Shown here piece by piece: positions 53,150 to 64,000 of a stretch of DNA of 64,000 nucleotides. A program made the position numbers and the translations under genes. Source of the DNA: Octopus vulgaris (lineage: Eukaryota); the NCBI GenBank assembly GCA_951406725.2, contig OX597819.1, positions 61,876,001-61,940,000 on the forward strand, given 5' to 3'. The first letter of the stretch is position 1. Each line of letters opens with the position of its first letter. A model generated the notes under the pieces. That model worked only from the letters and a program-made list of their open reading frames with translations, did no database searches and was not told where the DNA came from.

Positions 53150-54450
53150 AGTAGCCGGGTTGCAGGACAAAAAGTAAAATTTATCCAGTCACGAAGCGTA
53201 GAAGTCTTTGTGGAAAGAGTACCTAAGTCTGACTCTTTGGGCTCAGATTTCTTTGTCATTTCAAAACAACAAACAAATATATTCAGAACAACCACAAGCA
53301 TTACATGTCTAACAAGACCATGATTTTTTATTCAATATACCGGGTACTATTGCAGTGCTTTTGATACTGTTATTGATATCTAGAGTTGTTGCAGCTGTTC
53401 ATGCTTTGTTGCATTCTCCTGACAGCACTGATATTCGATGTTCAGCCATCTACAAAGAGAAGATCATGGACAGCAGTGGTTTCAATTTTAGCGACTGTTT
53501 TCAGGCTGGCAAATGACTACGTTAAGTCTGTCATCCATTTTGTAAAGGATGTAAACACATGGAATATTATCTATGAAGACGTCTGTGATCACTACCAAAA
53601 ACATCATATTGAACAATATTGACACCAATACAGGCTAACTATTTTATACCATTGTTGACAGGAAAGACAGTTGATGCTCACCGTTGTAGAGGGCTCAAAG
53701 CGTCGTGCCAGATAATGTTTGCTAGACAAAATTTGTCTGAGCTGCCAAATTTCCAAAGATTTTAGTGGTGCATTGAGCTAAATGCCTTGGTTAGATCGAC
53801 AAATGGTGTACAGATTCTAGTGTTATTGGCATTTCTCCTGCTGTTATCTCGCAGCAAATACTATATTTACAGTTCCATGTCATGCGCGGAAACAACATTG
53901 GCTTTCTAGTAGCAGATTGACCTTTTGGTATATGATAAGGTGGTTCAGCAGAACTCCAGCCAGGATCTTTCACTCAACAATCATCAGCTGAGAAATGCTA
54001 CGATGATTATTGTATAACTAACCGACTTTCTCTTGAATTGTAGATGTGGATTGTCAAAGGTTCTTTGAATTCTTGTTCAATGCCCAAGCTCCAGAAAGAT
54101 CTGACCACTTTTGATCAGTTTCTTTTACGGGATCGATCATCCAGGTTTAAAATTTCGGATGGTATGGATCTGATCCAGGAGCTTTACCACAGGTCAATTA
54201 CTTAAAGGCAACGTCTGTGTCAGTAAATGATTGTCAAGTTTAAAGAGTTTCGATTTGAAGGTAAACGAAAGATTGCCGCTTCAGTTGATGACGTCAGTTG
54301 AGGACTGAATCGATGTGTTCTGTCCATTTTTCTAAAATATGTTATCTATGAGAAGTGTTGACCCGTCAGCGTTTAGAAAAGGTGCAGTTCCTGCAGATTG
54401 AAGACAACTTTCACTATGTCCGAACCTCTTTGACTCATGTTTACTACCAA
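53150..54450 (-). pseudogene. heavily decayed LINE RT fragment
   Basis: Minus strand KAPGSD-IPSEILN near 54145-54186 and an LDI-like remnant near 53375; boundaries uncertain. Confidence 0.45.
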
Positions 54451-54906
54451 AATGCTGGTTCTTGTCAGCGTCTTTTGCAAAGCCAAGTTTTGGGAGATGT
54501 ATCTTTGTTTCTTCTGTCTACCCACTGGTGTAGCCGTTGACTTTTACACTAACAGAGTAGATAATACGATTCTATTCCAATAAGTATAATCAACAGAATT
54601 GGTAAGCTTGTGATCTATGTCGGAATGAATCGGATGGAAGCTAAAATCGTTATCAGACGCCAGCAAAAATAAAGTAGATAACTCACGAAAATGTGTACGT
54701 GTGTGTGTGTGTGATTGTAATATTTTATAACACTTTCTGCACCACAGCAACCAACTGACCTTGTAAAACGTAAAACCATAAGAAGAAGAATTTCACCTTC
54801 AAATTGAGACGGGTGTAACATGAAAAATTTACCAAATATCCTTCTCTATTCTCAGAAGCATATTTATCCATCCATCCATTTCTCGACCCACTATTCCTGG
54901 AAAGGT

Positions 54907-54941
<35 letters not shown>

Positions 54942-54975
54942 GTGTGTGTGTGTATGTACACGCGTGTGTGTGTGC

Positions 54976-55014
<39 letters not shown>

Positions 55015-55349
55015 CGCGTGTGCATGCAAGGGGACCAGATTCACTTGTATTTATACTCATATATATACATTCATAGATATACACACACAAATATAGACGC
55101 GGGCGAGGCGGCATGGTAAGAAACTTGTTTCCTAATCACAAGTTTCCAGGTTCAGTCCCATTGCATGGCACCTTGAACAAGTGTCTTCCACTATAGCCTT
55201 AGGATGACCAAAGCTTAGCAGGTGAATCTCGTAGATGGAAGCCCGTCATATATATGTATGTCTGTGTGTGTGCATATGCGCGCGCGTATGTGTGTGTCGG
55301 GGGAGGGGGTAGAGACCTCCTCTTTCATAGGGTCCTATCAGAAGCAACC

Positions 55350-55640
55350 GTCATTACACTTTCCGGTTGAATTCCCAAGCATGACCAAATGAGACTGGAC
55401 ATCATCCAAACATTTCGTTTTTGGTCGAACCCTGTTTCCTGTTGGATAGCTCAGCTTGAAAAGCCCGTCTTCTGATTTTTTTTCTTCCTGCGACATTCTA
55501 ATCACATGTCCGCATTAACGGAGTTGTGATCTCTCAAATGAAGAGACGTAGCAGCTCGACTTGGAGATACTTTCTCATCTCCGAGTTACGCATCCTGTCG
55601 AAGTAAGGTTGCGAAGTTACATTGATTGATGTTGCAAAAT
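55350..55640 (-). pseudogene. decayed RTE C-terminal fragment
   Basis: GHVIRM motif on minus strand near 55495-55512. Confidence 0.5.
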
Positions 55641-56887
55641 AAGAGCTGTTATATTCTTGTCTTAATTTCGTCTTATTTTATCCTCAGCTCCTTAAATTCC
55701 CAGGTCAACTGTGAATTTAACTGTTGACCTTTAAATCAACTGTGCGTTTGATTTAAAGTCAACTGTACCTTTGGCCCTACCAGGGTCGATAAAAATAAAG
55801 TATCAGTCGATAGAAATAAAGTACTTTGATCGTTGATATATTCGGCTGGGCGATATGAGACGCCGTCATTCACATTCTTTTTCAGCGAAGCCTCTTTATA
55901 TCATAAAAGAAGGATGAATGACGTGGAGTACCAATATCGAAGGATTACTGTCGGCTGTTTCCCTCTTCCACATTTCTGCCTTGAGCCTACGTAAGAAATT
56001 GTTACCCTACTAACAAATTAAGAAGCAATCTATTTGATGTTGGTATGTAGGAGAAAAAGGGGGAAATGAAATTCATAGCAGTTGTTATCTCCACGAACAA
56101 ATCTTTAGTTTCCTACACATATTATACCTTGATATAAGCGTACACACTCACTCCTTTACTCTCTTTTTCCTGTGTTCATTAAGTATGCCCCCTCCCCCCC
56201 CTCTCTCTCTCGTGCGTGCGTGCGCGTGTACGCCAACTTCCAGGTGTTTGTCAAGGAATGTGAGGAAGCGGAATTTTTTTCTTTTTCAATTTAAAAAAAT
56301 CGTAATTAAAACATCGTGTTAAACAGATCATTGATTTTTTTCGTCACATGTGCCACAAATTTTGTCGTGTGTGGCTGTTTGGTATAATCAATTATATCGA
56401 CTTTAACACCAACCTGGTTCATATTTTATCGACCTCGGAAGCATTGCAAGTTGAAGTCGACCTTGGGATGGAGTCGAACTCAAAATATAAATGGACGTAA
56501 CTATGTACGATAAGGTATTTTTTTCCTGGCTGTCTTCCAATTCTGTTTAAAATTAGTGCTTGCATCCTTACTGACACTCCAGTACACATACACACGCAGT
56601 GAGAGAGAGAGAAAGACAGAAGATGCACTTTTTTGATAACCACATACACTCACAGACAGACGTACGAAGGTTTGTTTGCCCAAAGATTCTTCAAGAATAT
56701 CAAAATACGTCGAAACACGCTGAAACATGTTACGTAACCGTTGTATCAGTTTCCAATAACGAGCCACTCTTCCTAAAAATAATCATTCCAAAAATGTTAT
56801 AAATCAGTTTGTTTTGAGGTAAAAAAAAAAGCCTAACTGCTAGTTTCCACGGATCTTATTTTACTAAAAATAATATTAGCGTCTGTC

Positions 56888-56900
56888 GTTTCCTAGCAAC
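56888..56900. promoter_or_regulatory. RFX X-box-like motif
   Basis: GTTTCCTAGCAAC fits the RFX consensus; ACTTCCG (ETS-like) about 60 bp downstream; CpG-containing unique DNA. Confidence 0.4.
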
Positions 56901-58580
56901 TAAATGTGTTGGCGTGTAAAAAGTTGGTTTGCAATAGAGTTAAATATTGTTTTTCTGCGTTTACTTCCGTTAATCTAGGGGAGGTAACTCTAAGTTACTT
57001 TGATTTCTGAAATCCTTGTGAACAGCCACTAAATCAATTGTTGCGCACGCACACATACACACTAGCGCGCGCGCACACACACACACACACACATACACAC
57101 GCACACTGTCACATACCTTCAACCACAGTGCACAGTCATTTATGATACTTTCATTTTAGTGATTTAAAAGTACTTCGTCACAAATACACAGATACACATA
57201 CACACACACACACATACACCTACGCAACACACTATCCTATCATGCTATCACTTTCTCTCCCTCTCTCTCTCCCCTTACTCTCTCTTTCTTACACAGACAC
57301 ACACACATACACACACATAGACACAATCACTCAGTCACTCACAACACGATATTCGCCGTCGGTCAAAGGTAAGCCCTGCCTCCTCATTGTTACTCTCTCT
57401 TGTGTAAACGTTTTGGTTATATTGTATTTTAACTGTGGAAATTAGAAACTGCGTGTTTAAACAAATAAATTCACTGTATTGACAAATAATGTATTAACTT
57501 CTTGTTATTGATAAATAGCATTAAGAAATGAATTATTTTTCAGTATTGTTTATGTCACTAATCCGTGACAGAATGACAGAAGAATACATTCCTTATCTAT
57601 TTAGATGTGCATATCCATTTGATTGTATATAATTCGTTTTAAATCGTTTGAATACAAATAAACTAATTGTTTATATCTTTTTTTTTTCTCTCTGATATCA
57701 TCTTATGATGAATCTGAACACCTCATTAGTGATGTTATCTGGTGTCATTGAATGTTTAGGGTGTTTAAGTCATCAGATACCCTCACCTAGGCCCCCAGCC
57801 AGGTTGATCGAGACCCAGTTTATGTTCAGTTAACACTTCCTCATTCATGGCTCACACCTCCTGACTATGGCCATCTTCAAGCAACTTCTGCCTCGTTAGC
57901 CAACTTCGTGGCCTTCCACTAACTGGCCCTTTTGATGCCCCTAGTATGTTGGCTTTGCAGAAGGATATGTGCATTCCGCTTGAAAGGGTTCACATCTTAC
58001 TCGTCATAAAACGATATAATTGTAAGAAGCTCATAATTTTCAATCGTTTTACACACACACACACAGAGGGAGAGAGAGATAGTTATGTCTCGTTTCATGC
58101 CACTTAAATCCATCTGAGTGGATGAAATAAGGGATAAAGTAAAGAATACATACACCCGGTGTTTAGGGTTCAGGGTTCAAGTTAGAGTTTAGGGTTAGGG
58201 TTTTGTTAACGCCGAAAACGGGTGGGGTACATGTTCCTTACCTCCGCCGAAATAAGTACCTGTAACATGCTCGGGTTGATTAAACCAACGTTACCTGGCT
58301 CTTTACAAAATTTCTCCTTTGTGCCTTGGCAAAAGAAATCAATAATTCATTAAAGGTGTGATGTGAAATAAGACGTTTGACCCTGATGATATTTGGTTTC
58401 GATTTCTAGTTGAATCCAGTAGATATCACTTATGTCTCATTTTCTTTATCAATAAATGAGCCAGAGAAGAAGGGAGGGGCAGTGTCCATGATCTTTGCTA
58501 ATCGTGGGTTGAGATCGAAATTTGAAAGCTCACAATATAGGGAACTGTATTAAGTGTTTCCCGAGTATGATGTCCAACTG

Positions 58581-59262
58581 AAGGCGGCGAGCTGGCAAAA
58601 ACGTTAGCACGCCGGGCGAAATGCTTAGCGGTATTTCGTCTACCGGTCTGCCGCTACGTTCTGAGTTCAAATTCTGCCGAGGTCGACTTTGCCTTTCATC
58701 CTTTCGGGGTTGATTAAATAAGTACCACTTACGCACTGGGGTCGATATAATCGACTTAATCCGTTTATCTGCCCTTGTTTGTCCTCTCTATGTTTAGCCC
58801 CTTGTGGGTAGTAAAGAAATAGGTATTTCGTCGGCCGCTACGTTCTGAGTTCAGATTCTTCCGAGGTCGACTTTGCCTTTAATCCTCTCGGAATCGATAA
58901 ATTAAGTACCGGTTGCTTACTGGGGTCAATCTAATCGACTGCCCCACCTCCCCAAAAATTTCGGGCTTTGTGCCTTGAGTAGAAAAGTGAATGTCCCACT
59001 GTGTATCACCTTGGGCAAGTGTCTCCTACAAATCCGACCAAAGCCTTCTGATTGGATTTGGTAGACAGAAACTGAAAGAAGCCCGTCGTATGTGTGCATG
59101 TGTGTTTGTTCCTCCACCACTGCTTGACAACCGGTATTGGTGCGTTTACGTCCCTATTACTTAGCAGTTCGGCAAAAGGTTTCAATAGAATAAGTACCAG
59201 GCTTTAAAATTCTTCAAGGCGATGCCCCAGCATGGCCACAGTCTAATAACTGAAACAAGTAA
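58581..59262 (+). mobile_element. duplicated SINE B fused to a headless SINE A
   Basis: B consensus 58581-58987 with internal repeat, then cccactgtgtatcaccttgggcaag. Confidence 0.85.
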
Positions 59263-59816
59263 AAAAAAAAAAAGATACCACCCAAAAGCTTATATGAGAG
59301 GCATTAATGTACAAATTGGATAACTGGAATGTTGTGGCACTTATGCTTTTACTATGAGCATTAGCAGTATTAACCTATAAAGTGCTGGGATTTGCACTTA
59401 CATAGCATGGACTGCTGAGCACATTTTATGAAAATGAGTCTACCATGCACACATAAAAAACAAAAAATACTTAATATATCTTCTTGGTATATAATGGTGG
59501 CAAGTTTTACATCATCTGAAAAGTCATTAGTTGAACTATTAGTCCTCTTGCATTCTGGGGGATATAGGAGTGTTTGTGTGACATTAGACCCCAACAAACG
59601 CCCATAAGTTAAATGCATCTATCTGGGCCAAGATTGTGGCTTGTCGACTTGTGCCTGACGGCCATGATCATGGCCTGTCATGCTTTATGTGTTAAATGTG
59701 TGGCTTTGACAGAACTGCAATTCAATAAAATCCAGTCTTGTCAATATTGTGACCCTTTAGTTGACAGATTTTCAAATTCATTTCTTGTCTACTATAATCA
59801 CAACGTTTATTTAGAG

Positions 59817-60017
59817 CCGTGGTTCTCAACCATTTTCGACTTGTGGACTCCTTTGATTCCTATTTTTGTAGTTAAATATTATTAGGAATTATACAAAAAA
59901 TTGTTTAAATATTTTGTGTGTTGTAGAAGTATAAGTAATTTATTGCTCATAAATTTTTAACATCAAAATTTTATATGGTACCCCAAAGGTCATATGAGCC
60001 CTGGTTGAGAAACACTT
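59817..60017. mobile_element. hAT-like MITE
   Basis: ccgtggttctcaacc ... ggttgagaaacactt. Confidence 0.7.
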
Positions 60018-60410
60018 AAAATATGTTCTTATATCAAATTATTGTGTGTGTATGTCTAAAGTATCTACCTCTACTGTATAGGGGCAGTCTGTATGTGGTC
60101 GTTTGACTTGCTAGAAACAGCAGCCAAATCTCCATACCATCATCCTATCATCTCAAAAAACAACTACACTGGATAATGTAGTCTAAGATACAATGTTTGA
60201 AAATATGATGAGATGGTCATGGCTAGAACGTCTTTGATCTAGATCTGCTGGATCAAAGCTGATCCAAGGGTAAACAGCGACTGAGAGTTGACATCTGAAG
60301 CAGTGCATTGCAATGAGGTTTCTTTTCCCAGTTGAGCTATTCTGCTAAACTTAGCCACCTTAACTTTTGGTCTAATTGGGTTGGTTGATACTGACCACTT
60401 CTGATATTTG

Positions 60411-60454
<44 letters not shown>

Positions 60455-60537
60455 CATACAGAGAGAGAGAGGGATGTGTAAATATGTATGTTTGTATGCA
60501 TGTCTGTATATATGGAAGTGTATACACATATTTGCAC

Positions 60538-60590
<53 letters not shown>

Positions 60591-60697
60591 TACACACACA
60601 TGCATACACATACACACAAAATTGGAGCCTGGGTAATGTATCTGTTTTTTGAAATTCTATAATGTTGAACACCTGGTTGATTTTCTGGTGAAAAAAA

Positions 60698-61130
60698 AAT
60701 TCTTTTTGGGAATATCTCAAACCACGCATCTAAGCTATAAATAAATTTGGGGCTAAAAAAACTGTTTTGAATAGAAGATATAAAAAAACTGAAGGCTGTA
60801 CTTGGGGCTGAAACCACACCTTCTGTGGTCATGACAGACATTCTACCACTGGACTAAAGCAATCCTTTAAAGTTTTCTAGCCATTTTTGTAACTTTATCC
60901 TAACCAGCAAATATTGTATGTTGTTAACATTCTAAGAATACAGTTTCTAAAACGAATAGAGAAATTCAAAAGATTGCTTTTATCCAATGGTAGAACATCA
61001 GTCATGTCTATGGGAGATGTGGGTTCAAGTCCCAAAGGGAGCTTTTAACTTTTTTGATAAAAAAGAGTATTTTTTAACCCATTATTTATAGCTTTATGTG
61101 TGTGCTTTTGAAATATTCTAAATAAGAATT
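60698..61130. repeat. long imperfect palindrome with two divergent tRNA-like heads
   Basis: Arms ~60698-60903 and ~60930-61130 align as reverse complements; A/B-box-like motifs in each arm. Confidence 0.8.
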
Positions 61131-61462
61131 ATTGCAAATTCTTATGATGTCAATAAAGATAATGATTTATTCATTTTGGTAATAATAATTACAGGTACTG
61201 ACTATGTGTAAGGTCTATGTTGTAATCAGAGAACTTGAAGTTGATACTGAATAATTTAATATTGAGTATATTCAGCAATTGTTTTTAAATAAAGGATTAA
61301 TTCAGCCTCCTACTTTACAGTATATATGTATATATATGTGTGAGTGTATATGTGTGTGCATATGTGCTTGTATATATTTATGTATATTTGCTTGAGTATG
61401 TGACTGTGTATGTCTGTTTATGTGTGTATACATAATATAATTTATTTATTTATATTAAATAT

Positions 61463-61785
61463 AGGTGCAGGAGTAGCTTGCTTACCAACCACATGGTTCC
61501 GAGTTCAGTCCCACTGCATGGCACCTTGGGCAAGTGTCTTCTACTATAGCCTCGAGCCAACCAAAGCCTTGTGAGTGGATTTGGTAGACGGAAACTGAAA
61601 GAAGCCCGTTGTATATATGTATATATGTGTGTGTGTGTGTTTGTGTTTGTCCAGCCCAATATCTCTTGACAACCGATGCTGGTATGTTTACGTCCCCGTA
61701 ACTTAGCGGTTTGGCAAAAGAGACCGATAGAATAAGTACTAGGCTTACAAAGAATAAGTTCTGGGGTAAGTAAAAGAGTAAAAGT
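61463..61785 (+). mobile_element. SINE family A
   Basis: Matches family A with a 3' internal deletion. Confidence 0.88.
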
Positions 61786-61890
61786 GTATAGTGTCCAGGG
61801 AGAGTCATTCTGTTTTAATGCATTATTAATTAACGCATTCACATAAAGAATCTTGCAAACCAAATACAAAAATGAATATATATATATATA

Positions 61891-62008
61891 TGTAAATGTA
61901 ATATGTGACAATTATTTGGGAGCCACGATAAAACTCTGAGTTTCGGATGCCGAGGTGGAAATCCATGCCACCATGGCTACCGAATAATTGTCACATATTA
62001 CTTTTACA
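61891..62008. repeat. ~37-bp inverted repeat around a partial hammerhead-like core
   Basis: tgtaaatgtaatatgtgacaattatttgggagccacg / catggctaccgaataattgtcacatattacttttaca. Confidence 0.8.
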
Positions 62009-62086
62009 CATAAATTCCTCTATTTACATAATATTGAGGTCTCTTTATTTCTTTTGTTGTCTTACCATTTTTATCAACACACACAG

Positions 62087-62137
<51 letters not shown>

Positions 62138-62602
62138 TATATCATCATCGTTTAACGTCTGTTTTCCATGCTAGCATGGGTTGGATGGTGGTTTGAGTGG
62201 GGTCTGGGAAGCCAGGAGGCTGCACCAGGGTCCAATCTGATCTGGCAGTGTTTCTACAGCTGGATGCCCTTCCTAATACCAACCACTCCGAGAGTGTAGT
62301 GGTTGCTTTTTACGTGCCGGAGGAGCTGTCATCGCCCACGATTGGATGGTGCCTTTTCTGTGCCACCGGCACAGAATACATATATATATATATATATATA
62401 TATCTGAGAAGACATGCCAAGCTAAGTAAAATTGCTGTCATCCATATATACATGCTTGTCCTTTACAGGTGCCAGTGGCACATAAAATGCACTTGTGCCA
62501 CTACTGTGCAAACACACCTGTGTCTGTGGCACATAAGAAGCACCCATAACTCTCTGTTTAGTGGTTGGTGTTAGGAAGGGCATCCAGCCGTAGAAACCAT
62601 GG

Positions 62603-62832
62603 CAGTGAGCTGGCAGAAATGCTAGCACGCCGGGCGAAATTCTTAGTGATATTTCGTCTGCCATTACATTCTGAGTTCAAATTCCACCGAGGTCAACTTT
62701 GCCTTTCAACCTTTCGGGGTCGATAAATTGAGTACCAGTTATGCACTGGGGTTGATATAATCGACTTAATCCCTTTGTCTGTCCTTGTTTGTCTCCTCTG
62801 TGTTTAGCCCTTTGTGGGCAATAAACAAATAA
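62603..62832 (+). mobile_element. SINE B nested in a family D element
   Basis: agaaaccatg flanks both sides of the insert (TSD-like). Confidence 0.8.
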
Positions 62833-63224
62833 GAAACCATGCCACAAGTCTGGACAGCTTCCCTGTGGGCCAGTTCCATGTCAAACTGTCCAACCCGTGC
62901 CAGCAGGGGAAAGGGACGTTTAATGATGATGATGATGATGAGGAGGAGGAGGATGATGATGTTGATGATATATACAAATACCATCACGATCATGATCGTT
63001 ATTGTTGTTATAACATCCACTTTTCCAGGTTTGCATGGGTCACATGGAATTCATTGAAATATATTTTCCCATACCTTTTCCTGTTGTCAACCTTCACCTA
63101 TTTCCAAGTTACATAATACTTCTCCATAGTTAGACATGTCTTCATGGAAGACTGGACATGAATGGCTATTTCTATGACTTGACACACAAACATACATATA
63201 CACATGCATATATTTACATATACT

Positions 63225-63750
63225 ATTTTACTCTTTTATTTGTTTCAGTCATTTGACTGTGGCCATGCTGGAGCACTGCCTTTAGTCAAGCAAATCGACC
63301 CCAGGACTTTTTCTTTGTAAGCCTAGTACTTATTCTATTGGTCTCTTTTGTAGTTGTGATATCAGTGCCGGTGGCACATAGAACCATCTGAACGTAGCCG
63401 TTGCCAGCGCTGCCCCGACTGGCCTCCGTGCCAGTGGCACATAAAAAGCACCATCTGATCGTGGCTGTTGCCAGCCTCACCGCTAAGTTACGGGGACATA
63501 AACACACCAGCATTGGTTGTCAAGCAATGTTGGGGGGGACAAACACAGACACACAAACATATACACACACATACATATATATACATATATACGATGGGCT
63601 TCTTTCAGTTTCTGTCTACCAAATCCACTCACAAGGTCAGCTTGAAGCTATAGTAGAAGACACTTGCCCAAGGTGCCACGCAGTAGGAATGAACCCAGAA
63701 CCATGTGGCTGGTAAGCAAGCTACTTACCACACAGCCACTCCTGTGCCTA
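63225..63750 (-). mobile_element. SINE family A with embedded family D units (~63352-63480)
   Basis: A body broken at ctcttttg | accgctaag by gtgccggtggcac units. Confidence 0.8.
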
Positions 63751-64000
63751 TAACATATTTATATAATATATTTATATTTTAAAATAATAAGGGTGAAAAA
63801 TTGAATATTAATTTGATTAATATCAATTTAAAACCAGTGTTCTAGCATATTAAAATCTGAAGATACAGAAAAATTATATTGCATACATAAACGTGGACAT
63901 CCCTGTGCTAGACGTAGATCCGCTATGGTCTTACCACTAAGAAAGGAATGTTCTCAAGAAAATTTTAGCAAAAGCCAGAACGTAAGCAAACAAGACGAAT

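Noticed and set aside
58161-58202. Telomere or chromosome fusion site
   Set aside because: Few degenerate units, one orientation, embedded in a small inverted-repeat element
61450-61911. Recurrent ORFs such as LCKPSTYSIGLFCRTAKLRG and [15 protein letters not shown]
   Set aside because: Translations of SINE family A, not a gene family

Overview
This is eukaryotic, AT-rich, microsatellite-dense animal DNA. The SINE families and repeat landscape look like octopus (coleoid cephalopod), but that is an inference. The only host protein-coding gene I can support is the 3' part of alpha-actinin on the + strand. It has 15 GT-AG coding exons from 3753 to the TAA at 19268-19270, which splice in frame and encode the spectrin repeats, the calmodulin-like EF-hand domain and the C-terminal ESDL; a probable long 3' UTR follows. 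The rest is largely repeats: four tRNA-type or tailed SINE families, Tc1/mariner, Tigger-, hAT- and piggyBac-like MITEs, Helitron/Helentron-like elements, a Naiad-type Penelope-like fragment, a Tx1/L1-clade LINE with its 5' end kept and 3' end lost, a young CR1 3' fragment and decayed RTE fragments. Best leads: (1) a ~430 bp palindrome with two outward-facing tRNA-like Pol III heads; (2) hammerhead-ribozyme-like motifs; (3) a Tx1-like LINE abutting (GATA)n; (4) an EF-hand Arg codon one A-to-I edit from the canonical Gly; (5) an apparent CpG-rich/CpG-poor domain structure with an RFX X-box near one boundary. I cannot confirm a new biological system from sequence alone. Repeat boundaries were read by eye and are approximate.
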